Below are positions 27,072 through 34,950 of a stretch of DNA of 64,000 nt, piece by piece. The stretch is taken from NCBI GenBank assembly GCA_964503265.1, contig CAZCYO010000003.1, positions 155,575 through 219,574 on the forward strand. Reading direction: 5' to 3'. The notes beneath the pieces were generated by a model. That model was given only the letters and a program-made list of their open reading frames with translations. It was not told where the DNA came from and made no database searches. The DNA is from an uncultured Gammaproteobacteria bacterium. Lineage in GTDB: Bacteria > Patescibacteriota > Microgenomatia > Levybacterales > UBA12049. Position numbers and translations under genes: made by a program. Every line of letters starts with the position of its first letter. The stretch's first letter is position 1.

Positions 27072-28616
27072 ATGAATGATAATACAAACGACCCTCAAGC
27101 TGCTACTCCTGTTCAGCCTGCATCGACTGCTCTGCAGCCTGCTCATTCTTTTTATGATCAGCAAGTACCTCAGACACAGCCACAACCAGCAACAACAGAT
27201 CCTGTCTTACCCCCTCCTGCTCTCGAGACACCCGTTATGCCTCAACAGACTAAAACAGAATCATCACAAGTAGGGCAACCAGCAGTTCCTCCTCCTCCTT
27301 TTGATGGTGGTTCGTCTTCGTGGATTAAAACAGTCCTTAAAATTGGGGGCATAATTCTGATCATTATTTTGGTATTAGCTATCTCTTTTCGTTTTGTTTT
27401 GCCGATGTTTTCATCAAAGAAAGTCGAAAATGTTACGTTAACATATTGGGGGTTATGGGAAGATAATCGAGTTATGGAACAGGTTCTATCTGAATTTACG
27501 AGAACCCATCCGAATATAAAAGTTGAATATGCAAAACAAGATATTAAGGATTATCGAGATCGGTTGATAACCAGAGTGGGAAACGGCAACGGACCGGATA
27601 TTTTCCGTTATCATAATACGTGGGTAACTCCATTATCAAAAATTCTCACACCCTTATCTGCAGATGTAATTTCACCAACTGAGTACAAAAAGAATTACTA
27701 TCCTGTTATTCAAAGTGATCTTACCCGCAATGGAGCAATATATGGAATTCCACTAAGTATTGATACGTTAACGCTTTTTGTAAATACTGAGATACTTACA
27801 TCAGGTGGTCAAACAATTCCAACTACATGGGACGAATTTATAAAAGTGTCTAAGGCATTAACAGTTAAAGACGAACAGCAAAAAATAAAAACATCAGGAG
27901 CTTCGATTGGAACATTTGATAACATTACTCACGCTCCCGATATAGCATCGTTAGTTATGCTACAGAATGGCACAAATTTTTATGATTTAACTAATACTGC
28001 CAAGAATGCATCAGACGCATTATCGTTTTATACTTCATTTGCATCTGATCAAAATAATATCTGGGACGGAACACTCGATCCATCATTAACTGCATTTGCC
28101 AAAGGTAACGTTGCAATGTACTTTGGATACTCATGGGATATTTTTACCATTAAATCATTAAATCCGGCCTTAGCCTTTACTACAAATGTCGTTCCTAACC
28201 TTCCTAATAAACACTTAAGTGTGGCAAGTTATTGGGTCGAAGGGGTTTCATCTAAAAGCAAACACCAAAAAGAAGCTATGGAGTTGATGAAATACTTAGC
28301 GCAAAAAGAAACAGCACAAAAATTTTATACTGAAACGGCAAAGACTCGTTTATTTGGCGAACCTTATGCTCGTGTAGATCTCGGAGAATCTCTAAAGAAT
28401 AACTCACTTGTTTCAGCTGTTATTACTCAGGCACCTTATGCTGTATCTTCTCTTTTTGCTAGTGATACCTATGATCAAGCGTTTAATGGTACGTTAAATA
28501 ATTATCTTGGAAATGCGATTCGTTCTATGCTAAATAACACCTCAAGTGATACAGCAGTTCAAACACTTAATAATGGTGTTCTTCAAGTTCTCCAACAGTA
28601 TGTATCAGCAAAGTAA
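27072..28616 (+). CDS. Extracellular solute-binding protein (SBP family 1), membrane-anchored, with Pro/Gln-rich N-terminal linker
   Basis: A low-complexity N-terminus and a TM helix. It then has VTLTYWGLWEDNRVMEQVLSEFTRTHPNIKVEYAKQDIKDYRDRLITRVGNGNGPDIFRYHNTWV, typical of the MalE-type SBP N-lobe. No ABC permease gene is adjacent. Confidence 0.7.
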   Translation: MNDNTNDPQAATPVQPASTALQPAHSFYDQQVPQTQPQPATTDPVLPPPALETPVMPQQTKTESSQVGQPAVPPPPFDGGSSSWIKTVLKIGGIILIIILVLAISFRFVLPMFSSKKVENVTLTYWGLWEDNRVMEQVLSEFTRTHPNIKVEYAKQDIKDYRDRLITRVGNGNGPDIFRYHNTWVTPLSKILTPLSADVISPTEYKKNYYPVIQSDLTRNGAIYGIPLSIDTLTLFVNTEILTSGGQTIPTTWDEFIKVSKALTVKDEQQKIKTSGASIGTFDNITHAPDIASLVMLQNGTNFYDLTNTAKNASDALSFYTSFASDQNNIWDGTLDPSLTAFAKGNVAMYFGYSWDIFTIKSLNPALAFTTNVVPNLPNKHLSVASYWVEGVSSKSKHQKEAMELMKYLAQKETAQKFYTETAKTRLFGEPYARVDLGESLKNNSLVSAVITQAPYAVSSLFASDTYDQAFNGTLNNYLGNAIRSMLNNTSSDTAVQTLNNGVLQVLQQYVSAK

Positions 28617-29487
28617 TACGTTTTCTTCTGTTGTTAAAACACTCGTGTATAGTAGTCTATTTCACTTCCCACTTTCTTATGATGAATTATGGCGATATAT
28701 TATGGGTGAGAAATCTATAACTAAAAATGAACTCTATGAGCTATTGCAAAGAGAAAATGCGATTATTAAAAATATAGATAACTATTATTTTCTGAAGGGT
28801 GAAGATGATAGTGTTTTAAAACGACAAAAAGAGAGAATAAACTACGACCGCAAGCTATGTATCGCTCAAAACGTGGCTCGTCTTTTATCGTATCTTCCCT
28901 CAATTCTTTTCATTGGAATGAGTGGGAGCTTGGCAGCTGGGAGTGCTTCAAAAGATGCTGATATTGATTTTTTTATTATAACTAGTCCAAGTACGGTTTG
29001 GGTTACTCGACTCTTCTGTGTTGTTTTATTATCAATAACTGGATGGAGAAGACAAAGAGGAGTACTAAAGGCACCTGATAAAGTATGTCTTAATAGTTTT
29101 ATCGATTATCGGAGCATGGATTATTTTCATGGATCACAAGATATATATACCGCTCACGAAATTGCTCAGTTAGCACCTCTTTTTAATCGAGCTAAAACAT
29201 ATGAAGTGTTTCTAAAAACGAATGATTGGTATTTAGATGTTCTTCCAAATGCAGGTCCTAAAAATTCTCTATTACAACGAAACACGTCATTAACGTTTCT
29301 TATTGGATTACTTCAGTGGATAAACCCAATATGTGCGTTTCTCCAAATAATGTATATGAAAAAACATCGTACAAAAGAGGTGATAAACGATGGGATAATT
29401 CTCCTTCACCCACACGATTATAAAGGGGAAATTATTAAGCGATATACTGATAAATTGATTGAGTATGATTTATTGACAAAGGAATAA
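28597..29487 (+). CDS. Minimal nucleotidyltransferase-fold (Pol-beta-like) protein
   Basis: The motif GMSGSLAAGSASKDADIDFFII (G[SG]x9-13 D.D) identifies the fold. The start is trimmed to the ATG at 28597 (MYQQSN...), giving a 20-nt overlap with the SBP gene. A terminator-like hairpin TCCCTC-n11-GAGGGA plus a T-run follows at 29512..29548. Confidence 0.5.
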   Translation, partial: SMYQQSNTFSSVVKTLVYSSLFHFPLSYDELWRYIMGEKSITKNELYELLQRENAIIKNIDNYYFLKGEDDSVLKRQKERINYDRKLCIAQNVARLLSYLPSILFIGMSGSLAAGSASKDADIDFFIITSPSTVWVTRLFCVVLLSITGWRRQRGVLKAPDKVCLNSFIDYRSMDYFHGSQDIYTAHEIAQLAPLFNRAKTYEVFLKTNDWYLDVLPNAGPKNSLLQRNTSLTFLIGLLQWINPICAFLQIMYMKKHRTKEVINDGIILLHPHDYKGEIIKRYTDKLIEYDLLTKE

Positions 29488-29555
29488 AATTTATTTATAC
29501 TGCCAATGATTTGCTATTCCCTCGAAGATAATTTGAGGGATTTTATTTTATAATT

Positions 29556-30023
29556 ATGGCTGATAAACATATTTATTTAACCGCTGAAGGTCTTGAAGAT
29601 TTAAAAAAAGAACATCAAGATCTTAGTAAAGTTCGTCGTCCAGAGGTTGTTGCTAGAGTTGCAAACGCACGTGAACTTGGTGACTTATCTGAAAATGCTG
29701 AGTATCAAGCTGCGAGAGACGAACTTGCTTTTATTGATGGACGACTTGAAGAATTAGAAGACATTCTTAAGAAAGTTCAAGTCATTAAAGATCATACTGG
29801 CATTATAACGAATGTTGATTTAGGTTCAACGGTTACGTTAGAACATAAAGGTAAGAACGAAGATTATATGGTGGTTGGAGAGTGGGAAGCTGATCCAATT
29901 GAAAAGAAAATCTCACACGCATCACCGCTTGGGAAGGCATTACTCGGTAAAAAAGTAGGAGAAAATATAGAAGTTGAAGCACCTGCTGGCAAAATAACCT
30001 ATACAATTATCTCCGTAAAGTAA
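29556..30023 (+). CDS. greA: Transcription elongation factor GreA
   Basis: YLTAEGLEDLKKEHQDLSKVRRPEVVARVANARELGDLSENAEYQAARDELAFIDGRLEELE is the canonical GreA N-terminal coiled coil, and an FKBP-like C-terminal domain follows. Confidence 0.95.
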   Translation: MADKHIYLTAEGLEDLKKEHQDLSKVRRPEVVARVANARELGDLSENAEYQAARDELAFIDGRLEELEDILKKVQVIKDHTGIITNVDLGSTVTLEHKGKNEDYMVVGEWEADPIEKKISHASPLGKALLGKKVGENIEVEAPAGKITYTIISVK

Positions 30024-30063
30024 ATATTTTTTTTGTTATCTTTTAGGCTATAATTAATATGTT

Positions 30064-31245
30064 ATGGCTCGAAAGAAACTTTCTGAATATAAAGCGAAAT
30101 CACTTTTATATGCTGTTTTTGGTCAAGAATATTCAGGGATATCTGTTGGAGAGGGTGAGTTATCTACTCTTCCAGATCCGAAATCTTCATATGTTGTTAA
30201 AGTAGATCAGGGAGTAAAGAAACGGTTTAAAAAAGGACTTGTTCTCCTCAATATTACTTCTCAATCAATTTCAAAAGCGACTGAAACGTTACGAGAAAAG
30301 GGTTACAGTCATTTTCTCATTGAACCACAACAATCATACGATACTTCATCTGAACACTATCTTGCGCTATTGAGAGAGCGTAATGGAATAATGCTTTTTT
30401 ATTCTCCACATGGTGGAGTTGATATCGAAGAAAATCAAGGATCTATACAAAAAATAATGATTTCTTCGTTTGATAAAGAAAATATTAAACATATCGCACA
30501 ACAGATTCATATTGACGAACTTATTCTCCAAGCTCTTATTTTTGCTTTTAACACTTATTATTTTTCATTTTTAGAAATTAATCCATTTATTGTTATTAAT
30601 AAAAAATTTATTATGTTAGATGCAGCTGTCGAAGTAGATAGTACAGCAGAATTTTTTGTTGAAGGAGCGTGGAATGAGACTGATTTTACTGAAGAAAAAA
30701 ATATACAATTGCCTGAAGTCGAGCAGGTAAAAGCGCTTGCTAGTCGTAGCCAAGCTGCATTTTCACTGACTGTACTTAATCCTGAAGGATCACTAGGTAT
30801 GCTGCTTTCAAGTGGTGGTGCAAGTATCGTATTGGCAGATGAAGCAGGAAATCTTGGGTATGGAAACGAGCTGATTAATTATGGAGAATATAGTGGAAAC
30901 CCAAACGCTGAAGAAACATATCTCTATACAAGAAGTATTTTATCGTTACTTATAAAATCTAAGGCTTCAAAAAAAGCACTAATCATTGCTGGTGCTGTTG
31001 CTAACTTTACTGATATACGTATTACCTTCTCTGGTGTCATCAAAGCCCTCAGGGAGTGTTCGTCTGATCTTCGGGCACAACATATCAAGGTATTTGTTCG
31101 GCGCGGTGGTCCTAACCAAAAAGAAGGCTTATCGTTGATGACTGATTTTCTAGAGGAGGAAGATCTTTTTGGACAAGTAAAAGGACCAGAAATGGTTTTA
31201 ACTGATATTATTCATGAAGCTATCTCTTATATAAAAAATGATTAA
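30064..31245 (+). CDS. aclB: ATP-citrate lyase, ATP-grasp subunit (AclB-like; homologous to the N-terminal half of eukaryotic ACLY)
   Basis: Colinear similarity to the ACLY N-terminus: LSEYKAKSLLY, FLIEPQQ, FSFLEINPFIVIN, LTVLNPEGSLGMLLSSGGASIVLADEAGNLGYGNELINYGEYSGNP and KVFVRRGGPNQKEGL. Confidence 0.85.
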   Translation: MARKKLSEYKAKSLLYAVFGQEYSGISVGEGELSTLPDPKSSYVVKVDQGVKKRFKKGLVLLNITSQSISKATETLREKGYSHFLIEPQQSYDTSSEHYLALLRERNGIMLFYSPHGGVDIEENQGSIQKIMISSFDKENIKHIAQQIHIDELILQALIFAFNTYYFSFLEINPFIVINKKFIMLDAAVEVDSTAEFFVEGAWNETDFTEEKNIQLPEVEQVKALASRSQAAFSLTVLNPEGSLGMLLSSGGASIVLADEAGNLGYGNELINYGEYSGNPNAEETYLYTRSILSLLIKSKASKKALIIAGAVANFTDIRITFSGVIKALRECSSDLRAQHIKVFVRRGGPNQKEGLSLMTDFLEEEDLFGQVKGPEMVLTDIIHEAISYIKND

Positions 31246-33028
31246 CTTAGCATTATTACGCAGTAAAGAACCAAAAATTATTTCTTATGGAGTTCATAGA
31301 GGGATTATTCAATCTGTTCTTGATTACGACGTACTTCTTGGGCGAAAGCATCCGAGTATCGTTGGTATAATTGGCTCTGCAAAAGCCTTTGATAGATATT
31401 TTTTTGGTAAAAAAGAAATTCTAATTCCTGTTTTTTCATCAATAGATGAAGCATATCGGGTAAAAGATATAGTGACTCTTTTTATGAACGTTTCATCATC
31501 GAGAAGAGTGCTTTCAAGTACACAAGAGCTTCTCTCGTCATTCCCCGAGCTACAAGGAGGTGTTATTTTTGCAGAGGACGTTCCAGAAAAACAAGCATTG
31601 GAACTACAGGCATTATCTGAGAAGTATAATAAATGGATTATGGGACCTGCAAGTGTTGGCCTCTTGATTCCTGAGCATGTAAAACTTGGAGCGATCGGTG
31701 GTGTTGACTATCGACAGCTTATTAGTTCTCAATTATTAACTGCTGGAAATGTCGCTGTATTTTCAGCATCTGGTGGGATGACTAATGAAATTATTAGAGT
31801 TGTGACGGGAAATGGGAAGCATATTTCTTTTAGTCTTCATTTTGGTGGAGACCGATTTCCGATTATTCAGCCAAAGGATGCGTTTTTACTTGCAGAACAT
31901 GATATACAAACTGAGGTAATTGTGTATTATGGTGAGCTGGGTGGGTTTGATGAATATGAAATAGCAACACTCATAAAAGATAAAAAAATAACAAAACCTG
32001 TTATTTGTTATATCGCTGGTACTGTATCAGATTTATTTGAAACTCCTCCACAATTTGGGCATGCAAAGGCCATGGCGGAACAAAAAGGAGAAAGTGCTTC
32101 AGATAAGAAAAAAGCACTTCGTGAGGCCGGCGCAACCGTTGCAGACTCATTTGGAGAATTTGTTGAGCATATAAAAAAGATTGAAGCTGGAGTTCTTCCT
32201 GAGGAGAAAGATGTCACTGCTATTATGGCTGATATGCAACATCGTAAACCTGCGCTTATTACAACTAGTATCTCAAAAGATCATGATGGACAAGCGATGG
32301 TTTTGCAGGAGAATTTACTGACTTTTGCAAAGTCTCACTCATTTGCTTACGAAGTGGTATCGATGTTTCTTGGAAAGAAGATCACGTCAAAAGAACTTGA
32401 AGAATTTGTCGATTTTGTCCTTCGTATTCTAGTCGATCATGGGCCATATGTTTCAGGAGCGGTTAACACAATCATTACTGCTCGTGCAGGCAGGGATTTA
32501 GTTTCATCACTTGCTACCGGTATTCTAACAATCGGACCTCGATTTGGGGGAGCAATTAACCAAGCAGCAGGGAATTGGTTAGAGGGGGTTACTAGTGGCA
32601 AATCATCACATGAGTTTGTAGAGGTATTCGCAACGCAAAAAAAATATATCTCTGGAATTGGTCATAAAAAATATCGTGCTGACTTACCTGACCCGCGAGT
32701 TACTGAACTTCTTGCATTTACGGATAAGCTTAAAAAAAAGAAATTTACACTGTTCGCGAAACAGGTAGAAAAGATAACTACAGCAAAAAAAGGAAATCTT
32801 ATTTTAAATGTTGATGGAGCAATTGCAGCAATCCTCCTAGACATTCTCCACGAAAAGGAGGGAATGACTCATGCAGAACTTGAAAAGCTTGTAGAGATTG
32901 AATTTTTCAATGCTCTTTTTGTTCTTTCACGTTCTGTAGGATTTATTTCTCACTTCTTAGATCAAAAAAGATTAGATGAAGGGTTATTTAGGCTTGATGA
33001 AGATTTAGTTGCTGAAGCAGAGATGTAA
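31238..33028 (+). CDS. aclA: ATP-citrate lyase, CoA-binding/phospho-His subunit with citrate-synthase-like domain (AclA-like)
   Basis: GHKEILIPVF-like KKEILIPVF, the phospho-His motif QFGHAKAM (ACLY: QFGHAGA), VDHGPYVSGAVNTIITARAGRDLVSSLATGILTIGPRFGGA, GIGHKKY, NLILNVDG and FVLSRSVGFISHFLDQKRL. An 8-bp overlap with aclB. Confidence 0.85.
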   Translation: MINLALLRSKEPKIISYGVHRGIIQSVLDYDVLLGRKHPSIVGIIGSAKAFDRYFFGKKEILIPVFSSIDEAYRVKDIVTLFMNVSSSRRVLSSTQELLSSFPELQGGVIFAEDVPEKQALELQALSEKYNKWIMGPASVGLLIPEHVKLGAIGGVDYRQLISSQLLTAGNVAVFSASGGMTNEIIRVVTGNGKHISFSLHFGGDRFPIIQPKDAFLLAEHDIQTEVIVYYGELGGFDEYEIATLIKDKKITKPVICYIAGTVSDLFETPPQFGHAKAMAEQKGESASDKKKALREAGATVADSFGEFVEHIKKIEAGVLPEEKDVTAIMADMQHRKPALITTSISKDHDGQAMVLQENLLTFAKSHSFAYEVVSMFLGKKITSKELEEFVDFVLRILVDHGPYVSGAVNTIITARAGRDLVSSLATGILTIGPRFGGAINQAAGNWLEGVTSGKSSHEFVEVFATQKKYISGIGHKKYRADLPDPRVTELLAFTDKLKKKKFTLFAKQVEKITTAKKGNLILNVDGAIAAILLDILHEKEGMTHAELEKLVEIEFFNALFVLSRSVGFISHFLDQKRLDEGLFRLDEDLVAEAEM

Positions 33029-33029
33029 C

Positions 33030-33125
33030 ATGAGGTATAAATTATTCGCTTTTCTTACGCTTGGTGTTATTACATTACTTGGTCTAAGCGGAATTGCACT
33101 TATTATTCTTTCTCTTTTCCGCTGA
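33030..33125 (+). CDS. Possible 31-aa single-TM micro-protein
   Basis: ATG 1 nt after the aclA stop. The product is MRYKLFAFLTLGVITLLGLSGIALIILSLFR. It is below the ORF-track size cutoff. Confidence 0.2.
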   Translation: MRYKLFAFLTLGVITLLGLSGIALIILSLFR

Positions 33126-33128
33126 TAG

Positions 33129-33419
33129 TTATCGTTGTTTTACTGCATCAATGTGAGGGAAGACAGCTCTTATTTCTTCCCAAAATTTCTCTGATAAATT
33201 TTCTGAAAATTTCCCAAATCCTGTGTTTTCAGATTTAGAACATAATGCATCTTCGTACCTTCTTATTACTCGAAGTACTTTTGTCCCTGTCTGATTAAAC
33301 TCTTCTTCAAGTTCTTCTTTATTATCAGAAAATTCATCATGAAGTTTTTTAAATTCTCCAAAAAGAGTACTATTCTCTTCAATCATTTGTTTAAATACTT
33401 TTTGATATTTTGCAGCCAT
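33129..33419 (-). CDS. Hypothetical coiled-coil protein (96 aa)
   Basis: Trimmed to MAAKYQKVFKQMIEE so it does not overlap the upstream XapX-like gene. It is Glu/Lys-rich and helical. Confidence 0.4.
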   Translation of the reverse strand: MAAKYQKVFKQMIEENSTLFGEFKKLHDEFSDNKEELEEEFNQTGTKVLRVIRRYEDALCSKSENTGFGKFSENLSEKFWEEIRAVFPHIDAVKQR

Positions 33420-33423
33420 ATTA

Positions 33424-33585
33424 TTATTTATGAAAAAATGTTGAATAAAGTACAAATCCTAGATAGATTCCAACAATTCCCATAATCCCAGCAAGTGCAG
33501 GAGGTGCAGGGATAGGAAGCTTAATCGCTGCAAAAAGAAATCCGACAAGAAGTCCTGAAGTAAGCGCCTTAATTATGTCTACCAT
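33424..33585 (-). CDS. XapX-like small membrane protein (53 aa)
   Basis: MVDIIKALTSGLLVGFLFAAIKLPIPAPPALAGIMGIVGIYLGFVLYSTFFHK has the (S/L)P(A/I)PAPP..L.G..G motif and the ~50-aa length of XapX-domain (DUF1427) proteins. It is not in the ORF track. Confidence 0.55.
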   Translation of the reverse strand: MVDIIKALTSGLLVGFLFAAIKLPIPAPPALAGIMGIVGIYLGFVLYSTFFHK

Positions 33586-33665
33586 AGATAGTAGTATATC
33601 AGGATTTCCTCTATGTTAAAATAAGTGTGCGAAGAATAGAATGATTGTATTTTAGTAGTAAGCAT

Positions 33666-33887
33666 ATGAGTAACATAAAACTTGGTAAATACCAACATTA
33701 TAAAGGAAATTATTACCAAGTTATCGCTGTGGCGAAACATAGTGAAACACTAGAAGAGCTCGTCGTTTACGAATGTTTATATGATAATCCGAGAGCAAAA
33801 GTTTGGGTTAGGCCGTTATCTATGTTTTTGGAAACTGTTGAAGTCGATGGAAACCATTTGCCGCGATTCAGATACATACATGCATAA
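33666..33887 (+). CDS. DUF1653-family protein
   Basis: GKYQHYKGNYYQVIAVAKHSETLEELVVYECLY matches the DUF1653 signature. The start is trimmed to MSNIKLG. Confidence 0.7.
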   Translation: MSNIKLGKYQHYKGNYYQVIAVAKHSETLEELVVYECLYDNPRAKVWVRPLSMFLETVEVDGNHLPRFRYIHA

Positions 33888-33942
33888 ACCTTATTAATTA
33901 GTCTATTTGATTCTGGTTTCATAATTCTTTACAATTACGAGT

Positions 33943-34905
33943 ATGATTGTCCACACAGAATGTTCTATCGCTCCAGCACTCTGGTATAAACTGAGTGGAA
34001 ATGTTAAACAATTTATTCAAGTAGCTACGAAAGAAGAACTAATAGATGCTCTTGAATCTCTTCATGAGCAAAAAATAGAGAAATATTTTGTTTGTGGAAG
34101 TGGTTCTAATCTTATTTTTGCAGCAGATTACTTTGATGGCGTAGTAATCCAGGTTACGAGATCCGACACAAAAGATATACTACTTTCAGGAAACAACATT
34201 ACAGCATACGCAGGTGAAATGCTTGGAGATGTTATCGATACTTCATTTGATCATAATCTAACTGGTCTGGAGTGGGCAGGCGGATTACCTGGTACTATTG
34301 GTGCAGCGGTGAGGGGAAATGTTGGAGCATATGGAGGCGAGATAAAAGACAACTTTCTTTCTGCGGAAGTTTTAGAAATTACTGATTCTGGTGTTGAGAG
34401 AAAAACGTTGTATAAGGATGATATGCATTTTGTGTATCGTGGAAGTGTGATTAAAGATAATAGGAAGTTAATAGTACTATCTGCAACATTCCAGCTTGAA
34501 AGTGCTGATGAAGAAGAATTAACAGTAGCTAAAGAAATATATAAAAAGAATCAAGATTCAAGAAAAAAGAATCACCCGCTGGAATATCCCAACTGTGGCT
34601 CTGTTTTTAAAAACTTACGTGATAAAGAACAAATAGAAAAAGTGCTTACTGTTTTCCCGGAACTTCGTGAACAGGTTGAAATGAAATGGTACGGGAAAGT
34701 TGCCGTGGCATCGGTGATTGAAAAGTTGGGGTTGAAGGGGTATCGAGTCGGAAACGCGCAGATTTCTGAAAAGCATGCGTTATTTATTATTAATTTAGGT
34801 GGCGCAACTCCAGAGGATGTCCTTACCATTATTAAAAAAGTTCAGGACACATTCATGGAAAAATTCGGATTTATGCTTGAGACTGAAGTCGAAATCGTCT
34901 CCTAA
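33943..34905 (+). CDS. murB: UDP-N-acetylenolpyruvoylglucosamine reductase
   Basis: An FAD-binding domain (FVCGSGSNLIF, GLEWAGGLPGTIGAAVRGNVGAYG) and a MurB C-terminal domain (YPNCGSVFKN...ISEKHALFIINLGGATPEDV). Confidence 0.9.
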   Translation: MIVHTECSIAPALWYKLSGNVKQFIQVATKEELIDALESLHEQKIEKYFVCGSGSNLIFAADYFDGVVIQVTRSDTKDILLSGNNITAYAGEMLGDVIDTSFDHNLTGLEWAGGLPGTIGAAVRGNVGAYGGEIKDNFLSAEVLEITDSGVERKTLYKDDMHFVYRGSVIKDNRKLIVLSATFQLESADEEELTVAKEIYKKNQDSRKKNHPLEYPNCGSVFKNLRDKEQIEKVLTVFPELREQVEMKWYGKVAVASVIEKLGLKGYRVGNAQISEKHALFIINLGGATPEDVLTIIKKVQDTFMEKFGFMLETEVEIVS

Positions 34906-34950
34906 TTTCCTCACCTTTATTTATACGTGTAGAAAAGGTAAAATACACCT

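Noticed and set aside
29549-29554. TATAAT hexamer 1 nt upstream of the greA ATG
   Set aside because: It is too close to the start codon to serve as a -10 for that ATG and is probably chance in AT-rich DNA. The upstream hairpin plus T-run (29512..29548) is the more meaningful signal.
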